Shown: piece by piece, positions 43,304 through 52,399 of the stretch
Position numbering within the stretch: the stretch's first letter is position 1
Layout: each line of letters opens with the position of its first letter
NCBI GenBank assembly: GCA_018402585.1
Contig: JAGYIO010000003.1
Coordinates: 140,386 to 204,385 of the forward strand
Direction of reading: 5' to 3'
Length of the DNA: 64,000 nucleotides
From: Chthoniobacterales bacterium
GTDB lineage: Bacteria; Verrucomicrobiota; Verrucomicrobiia; Chthoniobacterales; JACTMZ01
Translations under genes and position numbers: made by a program
The notes under the pieces: generated by a model
Seen by the model: the letters and a program-made list of their open reading frames with translations, nothing else
Database searches by the model: none
Told to the model about the DNA's origin: nothing

Positions 43304-44550
43304 GACTTCGCCTCAATCCAGGCCATCGTTTTGCCAGCCAGCCTGTCCAGAGCCTCGACGCTCATCGCGAGGTGTTCCTCTTTGGTGTCCTCGATTTTGT
43401 TGTGACTGATCCCGTGCAGGCTTTGCGTGAACATCATCACGGTCGGAATGCCGGCCATGCAGACCTCGGCCGCGTCATGCAACGGACCGGACGGCAAACG
43501 GTGCGACACGCCGCAAGTTTCCTTGATCGCATCATCGCAGAAATTCACCAGGTCCGGATCAAACGGCGCCGGCGCGATGTGCCACAAGCGCTCCCACGAA
43601 ACGGTGCAGCCCGCCTCCTTGGCGAATCGCTCACTGGCCGCCTTCGCCTCCGCATGCATCGTGGCCAACTTCGTCGCATCAAGATGCCGCTGGTCGAGCG
43701 TGATGCGGCAATCGGCCACCACACTCGTCACGATCCCCGGCTTCGTCGTGCAGGAACCGATCGTGCAAACCCCCATCCCGCTGCGCTTGGCGATCTCGTA
43801 AATCTCCGGACTCATCCGTGCCGCGGCGAAGAAAGCGTCCTTGCGCCGGTCCATCGGCGTGCTGCCCGAGTGCGCGGCCTGACCATGAAACGTGATGGCA
43901 TGACGCTCCACGCCGAACGTCCCGAGCACCGCCCCGAGCGCAAGGCCCTTGTCCAACAACACCGGCCCTTGCTCAATGTGCAGTTCAAGGTAAGCCGCCG
44001 CATTTTGCAGCTCTTTCCCGCAATCCTTGACCCTCTCGAAATCGATCCCCACCTCCCGCAAGGCCTCCGGCAACGTGATGCCGTCCTTGTCGACCAACCC
44101 CCGCGCTTCGTCCATGTCGAGGTTCCCGGAGCAAGCCGACGAGCCGAACAAACTCTTGCCGAAACGCGCCCCCTCTTCGTCCGCCCAATCAACCACCCGC
44201 ACGGTCACCGGCGGCCTGCCGTCGTATTGCGCGCTGATGCGGCGCAGCACCTCGACGCCCGCCAATGTGTTGAGACAGCCATCGAGCCATCCGCCGTGCG
44301 GTACCGAGTCGATATGGCCGCCGATGAGCAATTCTTTTGCGCTCTCGCCCGGCAACGTCGCCCAGAAATTCCCCGCCGCATCGTCATGCATCTCGACCGG
44401 CAACCCCTCGAAACGCTTGCGCAGATAATCCCGCGCCGCCACCCACTCTGGCGTGAACGCCACCCGCTGTGCGCCGTCCGCATTGCCGGTCAACGCGCGC
44501 AACCCTTTGAGTTCATCAATTGTTCGTTGGGGGGAAAGCACCTTGCTCAT
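43300..44550 (-). CDS. M20-family Zn-dependent amidase (hydantoinase/carbamoylase type), candidate beta-ureidopropionase
   Basis: It is a paralog of 38620..39879 (GGHIDSVPHGGWLDGCLN, EEGARFG, FHGQAAHSG). Its position next to preT/preA suggests the N-carbamoyl-beta-alanine step, which is an inference. ATG 44550 is preferred over the TTG at 44565. Confidence 0.75.
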   Translation of the reverse strand: MSKVLSPQRTIDELKGLRALTGNADGAQRVAFTPEWVAARDYLRKRFEGLPVEMHDDAAGNFWATLPGESAKELLIGGHIDSVPHGGWLDGCLNTLAGVEVLRRISAQYDGRPPVTVRVVDWADEEGARFGKSLFGSSACSGNLDMDEARGLVDKDGITLPEALREVGIDFERVKDCGKELQNAAAYLELHIEQGPVLLDKGLALGAVLGTFGVERHAITFHGQAAHSGSTPMDRRKDAFFAAARMSPEIYEIAKRSGMGVCTIGSCTTKPGIVTSVVADCRITLDQRHLDATKLATMHAEAKAASERFAKEAGCTVSWERLWHIAPAPFDPDLVNFCDDAIKETCGVSHRLPSGPLHDAAEVCMAGIPTVMMFTQSLHGISHNKIEDTKEEHLAMSVEALDRLAGKTMAWIEAKS

Positions 44551-44583
44551 GCCGCAATTGTGCAAGGAAAGTCTTTACCGAAC

Positions 44584-44608
44584 CACTGAAAACTGAACAC
44601 TGGAAAAT
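44584..44608 (+). promoter_or_regulatory. AT-rich box CACTGAAAACTGAACACTG(GAAAAT), copy 1, upstream of preT
   Basis: 19 of 19 nt match 49473-49491. It ends 7 nt before the preT ATG and lies in the 64-nt divergent spacer shared with the M20 amidase gene. Confidence 0.5.
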
Positions 44609-44614
44609 CCCCTT

Positions 44615-46060
44615 ATGCCTATTCAGCCGCTCCTCGATGCCGAGACCGCCGCCCGCAACATGGCGGAGAAACAACCCCGCTACAGCCCGCAGGAGGCGCT
44701 GATCGAAGCCAACCGCTGCCTCTTCTGCTTCGACGCCCCCTGCATCATGGCCTGCCCCACCGGCATCGACATCCCGTCGTTCATCAAAAAAATCGCCAAC
44801 GAAAATCCGACCGGCTCCGCCCGCACCATCCTCACCGCCAATGTCCTCGGCGCCAGTTGCGCCCGCGTCTGCCCGACCGAGGTCCTTTGCGAAGGTGCGT
44901 GCGTTGTCCTCGATCTGGAAGGCGATCCCGTCAAAATCGGACGCCTCCAGCGCTACGCCACCGACTACGTTTTCGACCACCACATCGACGTCCTCCACGC
45001 CCCCGCGAAAAAGAACGGCAAACGCGTCGCCATCCTCGGCGCCGGCCCGGCCGGGCTCGGCTGCGCCGCCGAACTGGCCCAACTCGGCTACGAAGTCACC
45101 GTCTTCGACAAAAAGAAGGAAGGCGGCGGCCTCAATACCTACGGCATTGCCTACTACAAAATGCCACCCCAGATCAGTCTCGACGAAGTCAAAATGATCG
45201 AGCGCCTCGGTGTGAAATTTCACTACGGCGTGGAGATCGGCCAGGACCTCACCATGGCCGAACTCGAAAAAAACTACGACGCCATCTTCCTCGCCCTCGG
45301 ACTCGGCGGGGCCAACCGCCTCGGCATTCCCGGCGAAGATCTCCTCGAGGTGGTCGACGCCCTCGAATTCATCGAGTGGATCCACACCAAACCGCTCCAC
45401 GAAGTCCCCGTCGGCCGCCGCGTCGCCGTCCTCGGCTGCGGCAACACCGCCATCGACGCGGTCAGCCAAGCCAAACGCCTCGGGGCCGATCTCGCCACCA
45501 TCATCTACCGCCGCGGCGCGGACGACATGCCCGCCTACGGCTTCGAATACGAACTGGCCAAAAACGACGGAGCCACTTTCCACTTCCACACCATCCCGAC
45601 CGAAGTCCTCGCCGAAAACGGACACGTCAAAGCCCTCCGCCTGGCCAAGACCGAAACCCGCGAGGGCAAAGTGCAAATCATCCCCGGCAGCGAATGGACC
45701 GAGGAATTTGACCTCGTGCTCAAAGCCGTCGGACAAGAAAAGCAATCCCGCGCCTTCGAAAAACTCTTCCCCGGCCTCAAACTCGACCGCAAAGGACGGG
45801 TCGAACACAATCCCGAGACCATGGCGACCAGCGTGCCGAAACTTTTCGTCGGCGGCGACTGCGCCAATGGCGGACGCGAAGTCGTCAACGCCGTGGCCGA
45901 AGGCAAAAAAGCCGCCCGCGGGATCAACGCCCTGCTCACCAAGCAAAAAGTCACCGGCCCCGTCCAACCCTCCCGCCACGGCACCAAAGACGGCGCCCTC
46001 GGCTCCGGCTTCAACCACCCCATCCGCGTCCCCGAACTTCTCGCCGCGATGAATTCCTAA
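44615..46060 (+). CDS. preT: NAD-dependent dihydropyrimidine dehydrogenase subunit PreT (glutamate synthase small-subunit-like)
   Basis: The N-terminal Fe-S Cys clusters are CLFCFDAPCIMACP and CARVCPTEVLCEGAC. The dinucleotide folds are VAILGAGPAGLGCA and VAVLGCGNTAID. Confidence 0.88.
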   Translation: MPIQPLLDAETAARNMAEKQPRYSPQEALIEANRCLFCFDAPCIMACPTGIDIPSFIKKIANENPTGSARTILTANVLGASCARVCPTEVLCEGACVVLDLEGDPVKIGRLQRYATDYVFDHHIDVLHAPAKKNGKRVAILGAGPAGLGCAAELAQLGYEVTVFDKKKEGGGLNTYGIAYYKMPPQISLDEVKMIERLGVKFHYGVEIGQDLTMAELEKNYDAIFLALGLGGANRLGIPGEDLLEVVDALEFIEWIHTKPLHEVPVGRRVAVLGCGNTAIDAVSQAKRLGADLATIIYRRGADDMPAYGFEYELAKNDGATFHFHTIPTEVLAENGHVKALRLAKTETREGKVQIIPGSEWTEEFDLVLKAVGQEKQSRAFEKLFPGLKLDRKGRVEHNPETMATSVPKLFVGGDCANGGREVVNAVAEGKKAARGINALLTKQKVTGPVQPSRHGTKDGALGSGFNHPIRVPELLAAMNS

Positions 46061-46098
46061 TCGCGTCACACGTCACAAGTCACACCTCACTTCCTCCC

Positions 46099-47409
46099 AT
46101 GGCCGATCTCTCCATCAACTTCGCCGGAATCAAATCCCCCAACCCGTTCTGGATCGCGAGCGGCCCTCCCTCCAACACCGCCTACCAATCCCACCGCGCC
46201 TTTGAAGCCGGTTGGGGCGGCATCGTCTGGAAAACCATCGGTGACCCCATTGTCAACGTCTCCTCCCGCTACTCCGCGCTCAACCTCGGCGGACAGCGCA
46301 TGGTCGGCTTCAACAACATCGAACTGATCAGCGACCGCTCGCCCGAAACCAACTTCCGCGAAATCAAGGAAGTCAAAGACCGCTGGCCGAATCACGCGGT
46401 CATCGCCTCCCTCATGGTCGACACCCGCGAGCGCTGGCACGAATTCGTCAAACGCTCCGCCGACTGCGGCGCCGACGGTATCGAACTCAACTTCGGCTGC
46501 CCGCACGGCATGTGCGAACGCGGCATGGGTTCCGCCGTCGGACAAAACCCCGACGTGGCCGAAACCATTGTCGGGTGGGTCATGGAAGCCACCGAAATTC
46601 CGGTCATCGTCAAACTCACCCCGAACATCACCAACGTCGTCTACGCCGCCCGCGCGGCCAAACGCGCCGGGGCCGACGCCATCTCGCTGATCAACACGAT
46701 CAACAGCATCACCAACGTCAACCTCGACACCCTCACCCCCGAGCCCGCCGTGCGCGGACTCAGCTCGCACGGCGGCTATTGCGGCCCCGCGGTCAAACCG
46801 ATCGCCCTCAACATGGTGCAAAGCTGTGCCGCCGACCCCGAGGTTAATCTTCCCATCTCCGGCATCGGCGGCATCGGCAACTGGCGGGACGCCGCCGAGT
46901 TCCTCGCCCTCGGTTCCCTCAGCCTCCAAGTCTGCACCGCCGTGATGCACTACGGCTTCCGCATCGTCGAGGACATGAACGAGGGCCTCTCGGATTACCT
47001 CGACTCAAAAGGCTACAAAAGCGTCGCCGACTTCTCCGGCGCCGCCGTCAAAAGCCTCTCCGACTGGCAATACCTCGACCTTAATTACAAACGCGTCGCC
47101 CGCATCGACTATGACAAATGCATCGGGTGCAATCTCTGCTACATCGCCTGCGAGGACGGCGCCCACCAATGCATCGACCTGGTCGACAGCGCCCCCTACG
47201 GACTCGGCCCCGGCCGGGTCCCCGGCAAGCCCGTCCCCAAAGTCCGCGAAGAAGACTGCGTCGGTTGCAATCTCTGCTCCATCGTCTGTCCCGTCGACGA
47301 CTGCATCACCATGGTCGAAATCGAAACCGGCCGCGAAAGGTTCAGCTGGAACGACTACCAGACCCGCCTGGCCAAAGGCGAAATGGAACCCCTCCCGGCC
47401 CACCCGTAG
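46099..47409 (+). CDS. preA: NAD-dependent dihydropyrimidine dehydrogenase subunit PreA (DHOD-like TIM barrel plus 2x[4Fe-4S])
   Basis: Motifs present: FAGIKSPNPFWIASGPP and ELNFGCPHGM. The C-terminal ferredoxin motifs are CIGCNLCYIAC and CVGCNLCSIVCP. Confidence 0.9.
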   Translation: MADLSINFAGIKSPNPFWIASGPPSNTAYQSHRAFEAGWGGIVWKTIGDPIVNVSSRYSALNLGGQRMVGFNNIELISDRSPETNFREIKEVKDRWPNHAVIASLMVDTRERWHEFVKRSADCGADGIELNFGCPHGMCERGMGSAVGQNPDVAETIVGWVMEATEIPVIVKLTPNITNVVYAARAAKRAGADAISLINTINSITNVNLDTLTPEPAVRGLSSHGGYCGPAVKPIALNMVQSCAADPEVNLPISGIGGIGNWRDAAEFLALGSLSLQVCTAVMHYGFRIVEDMNEGLSDYLDSKGYKSVADFSGAAVKSLSDWQYLDLNYKRVARIDYDKCIGCNLCYIACEDGAHQCIDLVDSAPYGLGPGRVPGKPVPKVREEDCVGCNLCSIVCPVDDCITMVEIETGRERFSWNDYQTRLAKGEMEPLPAHP

Positions 47410-47615
47410 GAGTTCGGTCACGGCGGCACCCTAATCGAACAGCCGTGTCGTGGGCAGTAACGCCACCTCCGCCTTCCACCTTCCACTGCAGAGTTGCCGC
47501 AGAGCACCCGTCCCGCCCGCCGGTCAGCAGCACCCGCCCGCCAATTGCTTTGCCCTTGATCCAGATCAACATCGGACGGACAAACCAGATCACCCGAAAC
47601 TACGAACTAACCAAC

Positions 47616-49109
47616 ATGAGTAAACTTCTCCCCTGCCCGCTCTTCATCGGCGGCGAATGGACCAACGTCTCCGGCGTCGCCACCACCCCCGTGCACAACC
47701 CCTCGGTCGGCGAAGTCATCGCCGAAACCCCGCTCTGCGGCGCCGCAGTGGTCGACCAAGCTGCCCGTGCCGCCGCCGACGCCTTCCCCGCTTGGATGGA
47801 AACCCCGCCGGTCGAGCGCGCCCGCGTTCTCATGAGGCTCAAGGTCCTCCTCGAGGAACATTTCGAGGAGTTGGCCCAAGGCGTGACCCGCGAGCACGGC
47901 AAAACCCTCGCCGAAGCGCGGGGCGACGTCCGCCGCGGACTGGAAAACATCGAGTTCGCCTGCGGTGCCCCGACCCTCCTCATGGGCGAGTCGCTCGAAA
48001 ACGTGGCCCGCGGCATCGACTGCGATTCCATCCGCCAGCCCCTCGGTGTTGTGGCCGGCATCACCCCCTTCAACTTCCCCGCCATGGTCCCTCTCTGGAT
48101 GTGGCCCATGGCCATCGCCTGCGGCAACACTTTCATCCTCAAACCGAGCGAAAAAGTCCCGCTCACCTCGGTCCGCATCGCGCAACTCGCGCAAAAAGCC
48201 GGACTCCCCGACGGCGTGCTCAACCTCGTGCACGGCGGACGCGAAGCCGTCGACGCCATCCTGCGGCACCCGACGATCAAAGCGATTTCCTTCGTCGGCT
48301 CCACGCCCATCGCGAAATACATCTTCGAAACCGGCACCGCCCACGGCAAACGCGTGCAAGCCGCCGGCGGGGCGAAAAATTTCGTCCTCATCATGCCCGA
48401 TGCCGACGTGGCCAACTCCGCCACCGGCCTGGTCGAATCCGCCTTTGGGTGCGCCGGCGAACGCTGCATGGCCAGTTCCACCGCCATCGCCATCGGTGAC
48501 GCCGCGCACACCGTGCTTCCCGCGCTGGTCAATGTCGTCTCGAAAATCCGTGTCGGCCCGACCGACCGCGACCCGCAAGCCCAGATGGGCGCCGTCATTT
48601 CCCGCGAACACGCCGACCGCGTCTGCAACCTCATCACCCAAGCGGCCGACGAGGGCGCCAAGCCGCTGACCGACGGACGCCAGACTAAAGTCGCCGCCGC
48701 CCCGAAAGGCTTCTACGTCGGTCCCACCGTCCTCGACCACGTCCTCCCCGACATGATCACCATGCGGGAAGAAGTTTTCGGTCCCGTGCTCAACGTCGTC
48801 CGTATGGAAGACCTCGACAGCGCGATCAACCTGGCCAATGCCTCGATCTACGGCAACGGTGCCGCCATCTTCACCCGCAGCGGCAAAGCAGCCCGCGAGT
48901 TCCGCCACCGCATCCAAGCCGGCATGGTCGGCGTCAACATCGGCGTCCCCGCTCCCATGGCCTTCTTCCCCTTCAGCGGATGGAACCAATCCTTCTTCGG
49001 CGACCTCCACATCCAAGGCCGCGAAAGCGTCGCCTTCTACACCCAACACAAAGTCACCACCACCCGCTGGTTCAGCTACGGGGAAGGTTCTATTTGGAGT
49101 GACAAGTGA
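47616..49109 (+). CDS. mmsA: CoA-acylating methylmalonate/malonate-semialdehyde dehydrogenase
   Basis: Motifs present: FIGGEWT, FNFPAMVPLWMWPMAIACGNTFILKPSE and FGCAGERCMA (the catalytic Cys). The start is moved to ATG 47616, because the track extension from 47118 is R/P-rich shadow sequence overlapping preA. Confidence 0.9.
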   Translation: MSKLLPCPLFIGGEWTNVSGVATTPVHNPSVGEVIAETPLCGAAVVDQAARAAADAFPAWMETPPVERARVLMRLKVLLEEHFEELAQGVTREHGKTLAEARGDVRRGLENIEFACGAPTLLMGESLENVARGIDCDSIRQPLGVVAGITPFNFPAMVPLWMWPMAIACGNTFILKPSEKVPLTSVRIAQLAQKAGLPDGVLNLVHGGREAVDAILRHPTIKAISFVGSTPIAKYIFETGTAHGKRVQAAGGAKNFVLIMPDADVANSATGLVESAFGCAGERCMASSTAIAIGDAAHTVLPALVNVVSKIRVGPTDRDPQAQMGAVISREHADRVCNLITQAADEGAKPLTDGRQTKVAAAPKGFYVGPTVLDHVLPDMITMREEVFGPVLNVVRMEDLDSAINLANASIYGNGAAIFTRSGKAAREFRHRIQAGMVGVNIGVPAPMAFFPFSGWNQSFFGDLHIQGRESVAFYTQHKVTTTRWFSYGEGSIWSDK

Positions 49110-49125
49110 CGCAGGCATTCGGGCC

Positions 49126-49223
49126 CAGGGGGCACGGGCGTCCCGCCCGTCACGAAATTCACCAACGTGGCATCGGCTTCCAGCCGATGGTCTTCCTTCA
49201 ACATCGGCTGGAAGCCGATGCCA
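49126..49223. repeat. GGGGCACGGGCGTCCCGCCCGTCACG motif followed by a perfect 22-bp inverted repeat of CATCGGC-type hairpins
   Basis: 49126-49154 is cagggggcacgggcgtcccgcccgtcacg. 49168-49189 (tggcatcggcttccagccgatg) and 49202-49223 (catcggctggaagccgatgcca) are exact reverse complements separated by 12 nt. Each arm is also self-complementary. Confidence 0.7.
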
Positions 49224-49472
49224 CTAAACGGCGAAGCCCAGCGTGCTCATTCATTGAAAGCCATGTTGTCACTCTTTCGGACAATTTTCATCAGGCCGCT
49301 GGCAATCTCCGCACGAGCTCTTGCAACCGCCTCAATCACTTCCTCGCACACCAAAAGCTCGTCTTCAACTTTACCATCAGGTAACGCGTCAGCATGGGTT
49401 TGCCTCAGGTTATTCCAGCACTGCAGCTTCGTGCGGATTCCTCTCCAAGTAAACATCTGAGCAAACTCCCTT

Positions 49473-49498
49473 CACTGAAAACTGAACACTGAAAACTG
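49473..49498 (+). promoter_or_regulatory. AT-rich box CACTGAAAACTGAACACTG(AAAACTG), copy 2, upstream of the dihydropyrimidinase gene
   Basis: 19 of 19 nt match 44584-44602. It ends 9 nt before the ATG at 49507. Confidence 0.5.
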
Positions 49499-49506
49499 TC
49501 CCCGCT

Positions 49507-50889
49507 ATGCCCCTTCTCATCAAATCCGCCGACATCATCAACGCCGACACCCGCTACACCGCCGACATCCTCTGCCAAGGCGAAACCATCACGCGGATCG
49601 ACCGGAACATCACCCCGCCCGCCGGCGCCGAAGTGATCGACGCAACCGGCAAATACGTTTTCCCCGGCTTCATCGACCCGCACACCCACATCTACCTGCC
49701 GTTTATGGGCACGGTTTCGAAAGACAACTACGAAACCGGCAGCAAAGCCGCCCTGGTCGGGGGCACCACCACGATTTTTGAAATGGTCTGTCCGTCGCGC
49801 GACATGTCGCCCGCCGACGGCTTCGCCACCTGGCAGGCCCAAGCCGAAGCGAAAGCCTGCTGCGATTACACCTTCCACATGGGAGTGACCCGCTTCGATG
49901 CGGACTCCGCCCGGCAGTTGCGCGAGATCGTCCAACAAGGCGTGGGCAGCTTCAAAATCTTTCTCGCTTACCAAGGCGCCTTCGGAGTCGATGACACCGA
50001 ACTCTGGCACACCCTCAAACTGGCCAAAGAACTCGGCGTCATCGTCACCGCGCACTGCGAAAACGAATCCCTCGTCGCCCAACTGCAGGCCGAGTTGCTC
50101 GCCGCCGGACGCACCGGACCCGAGGCCCACCATGACAGCCGCCCGCCCCGGGTCGAAGCCGAAGGCGTGCACCACTTGATGTCCTTCGCCGCCCTGACCG
50201 GCGCGCACACCTACATCGTCCATCTCAGCTGCCAGGAAGCCCTCCACGCAGCCATCGCCGCCCGCGAGCGCGGCGTCCATGTCTTCATCGAAACGCTCAT
50301 CCAATACCTCGTGCTCGACAAAACCTACGCCGAAAAACCCGACTTCGAAGGCGCCAAGTTCGTTATGTCCCCGCCCCTGCGCGACATCTCGAACCAAAAC
50401 ATCATGTGGGACGGCTTGGCCAACGGACTGATCAACACCGTGGGCACCGACCACGCCCCTTTCGATTTCAAGGACCAGAAACCGATGGGCAAGGACGACT
50501 TCACCAAAATCCCCAACGGCATCCCCTCGATCGAAGACCGCATCAACCTCCTCTACACCCACGGGGTGAAAAAGGGACGTCTCACCCTCCAACAACTGGT
50601 CGCCGTGGCCAGCACCAACGCCGCGAAAATTTTCGACCTTTACCCGCGCAAAGGCGTGATCCAACCCGGCGCCGACGCCGACCTCGTCATCTACGACCCG
50701 TCCTACCGCGGCAAACTCTCTGTGAAAACCCAGACTCAAAACGTCGACTACAACGCGTTCGAAGGCTGGGAAATCGAAGGCCGCCCGTCCCTCGTCACGG
50801 TCCGCGGCGAAGTCGCCGTGCGCGACGGCAAATTCGTCGGCACGGTCGGCCGCGGACGCTTCCTCCAGCGGACCCCGACTCACTTCTGA
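49507..50889 (+). CDS. hydA: Dihydropyrimidinase / D-hydantoinase (cyclic amidohydrolase)
   Basis: GFIDPHTHIYLPFMGT provides the HxH metal site, and GVGSFKIFLAY provides the carboxylated Lys context. The full length is collinear with the family. Confidence 0.9.
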   Translation: MPLLIKSADIINADTRYTADILCQGETITRIDRNITPPAGAEVIDATGKYVFPGFIDPHTHIYLPFMGTVSKDNYETGSKAALVGGTTTIFEMVCPSRDMSPADGFATWQAQAEAKACCDYTFHMGVTRFDADSARQLREIVQQGVGSFKIFLAYQGAFGVDDTELWHTLKLAKELGVIVTAHCENESLVAQLQAELLAAGRTGPEAHHDSRPPRVEAEGVHHLMSFAALTGAHTYIVHLSCQEALHAAIAARERGVHVFIETLIQYLVLDKTYAEKPDFEGAKFVMSPPLRDISNQNIMWDGLANGLINTVGTDHAPFDFKDQKPMGKDDFTKIPNGIPSIEDRINLLYTHGVKKGRLTLQQLVAVASTNAAKIFDLYPRKGVIQPGADADLVIYDPSYRGKLSVKTQTQNVDYNAFEGWEIEGRPSLVTVRGEVAVRDGKFVGTVGRGRFLQRTPTHF

Positions 50890-50941
50890 ACGCGCACGCT
50901 TGCCCGTCGCGTAGCAGAGGTCCATGACATAATTTTCCGAC

Positions 50942-52399
50942 ATGCACCCCGCCCCCGAATCCCACGATCCGCGCCTCTGGAACGAGGACCTCGCACCCGT
51001 CCCGCCGGAGCGGCGCACTTGGACCACGTGGAACGTGGCCGCCTTGTGGGTCGGCATGGCTGTCTGCATTCCCACCTACATGCTCGCTGCCGGCCTGATC
51101 CAGCAGGGTATGAACTGGAGCCAGGCCATCTTGGTCATTCTGCTCGGCAACCTCATCGTTTTGGTGCCCATGACCCTCAACGCGCACCCGGGCACCAAAT
51201 ACGGCATCCCGTTTCCCGTGCTCTTGCGCGCCTCCTTCGGCCCGTGGGGCTCGAATATCCCCGCCCTCATGCGCGGCACCGTGGCCTGCGGATGGTTCGG
51301 CATCCAAACATGGGTCGGCGGCACCGCGATCTACGCCACCTCTGCCGTCATGCTCGGCTTCGATCCTGCGCAGCGCGTCCCCCTGCCGGTCCTCGGTATC
51401 GCCGCCGGCGAGTTCGCCTGCTTCCTGATTTTCTGGGCCGTCAATGTCTACTTCATCTTCCGCGGGATGGATTCGATCAAATGGCTCGAGGCTTTGAGCG
51501 CGCCGTTCCTCCTCCTGGTCGGACTCCTCCTCGTCTGGTGGGCCTGGACCGCGGCGGATGGTTTCGGTCCGATCTTTTCGCAACCGAGCCGCCTCGGCAC
51601 CGATGCCGCCTTCTGGCCGGTCTTCGGTGCCGGACTCACCGCCATGGTCGGCTACTGGGCCACGCTCTCGCTCAATATCCCCGACTTCTCCCGCTACGCT
51701 CGCTCGCAGCGGGACCAGGTCGTCGGACAAGCCGTCGGACTGCCGGCCACCATGACCCTCTACTCGTTCGTCGGCATCATCGTGACCAGCGCGACGGTGG
51801 TCATTTTCGGCGAAGCCCTCTGGGATCCGGTCAAGCTTATCGCCCGCTTCGGCAATCCGTTCATCTCCGCCCTCGCCCTCCTCACCCTTGCCGTGGCCAC
51901 GCTCTCGACCAACATCGCGGCCAATGTCGTCTCTCCGGCCAACGATTTCTCGAACCTCAACCCCGGCCGCATCAGCTTCCGCACCGGTGGACTCATCACC
52001 GCCTTCATCGGCATCCTCATGTTCCCGTGGAAACTCTACGAGGATCCGAGCGGCTACATTTTCGTCTGGCTCATCGGCTACAGTGCGTTGCTCGGACCAA
52101 TCGCCGGCATCATGATCTCCGATTATTTTCTCATCCGGCGCAGGACTCTCGACGTGCCACAACTCTACCAGCCGCAGGGTGCCTACCATTATACCCGCGG
52201 CTTCAGCCTGGTCGGCTTCGCCGCACTCTTCCTCTCGATTCTCCCCAACCTCCCCGGCTTCCTCGTCCAAGTGAACCTGGCGCCGGCGGAAAACTTCCCC
52301 GCATGGCTGGTTGCCGGCTATCATTATGCGTGGTTTGTAGGCTTCGCCTTGGCTTTTCTCTTGTATAGTGTTCTGCGGAAATTGTTCCCAAACCGATGA
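50942..52399 (+). CDS. NCS1 family nucleobase/allantoin/hydantoin:cation symporter
   Basis: [36 protein letters not shown] is a typical NCS1 N-terminus, and the protein has 12 predicted TM-like segments. Confidence 0.88.
   Translation: MHPAPESHDPRLWNEDLAPVPPERRTWTTWNVAALWVGMAVCIPTYMLAAGLIQQGMNWSQAILVILLGNLIVLVPMTLNAHPGTKYGIPFPVLLRASFGPWGSNIPALMRGTVACGWFGIQTWVGGTAIYATSAVMLGFDPAQRVPLPVLGIAAGEFACFLIFWAVNVYFIFRGMDSIKWLEALSAPFLLLVGLLLVWWAWTAADGFGPIFSQPSRLGTDAAFWPVFGAGLTAMVGYWATLSLNIPDFSRYARSQRDQVVGQAVGLPATMTLYSFVGIIVTSATVVIFGEALWDPVKLIARFGNPFISALALLTLAVATLSTNIAANVVSPANDFSNLNPGRISFRTGGLITAFIGILMFPWKLYEDPSGYIFVWLIGYSALLGPIAGIMISDYFLIRRRTLDVPQLYQPQGAYHYTRGFSLVGFAALFLSILPNLPGFLVQVNLAPAENFPAWLVAGYHYAWFVGFALAFLLYSVLRKLFPNR

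Noticed and set aside
47118-47615. N-terminal extensions suggested by the track for mmsA (47118), dapF (27012), xdhC (53495), the deaminase (56967), GH13 (20011) and the M20 amidase (44565)
   Set aside because: The extensions are R/P/S-rich, overlap upstream genes or intergenic repeats, and are absent from the respective protein families. Internal ATGs give family-typical N-termini.
49247-49456. 69-aa minus-strand ORF as a bona fide gene
   Set aside because: No recognisable family, no clear start context, and it lies in a repeat-rich, compositionally odd spacer. It is kept only as part of a finding and not as a feature.
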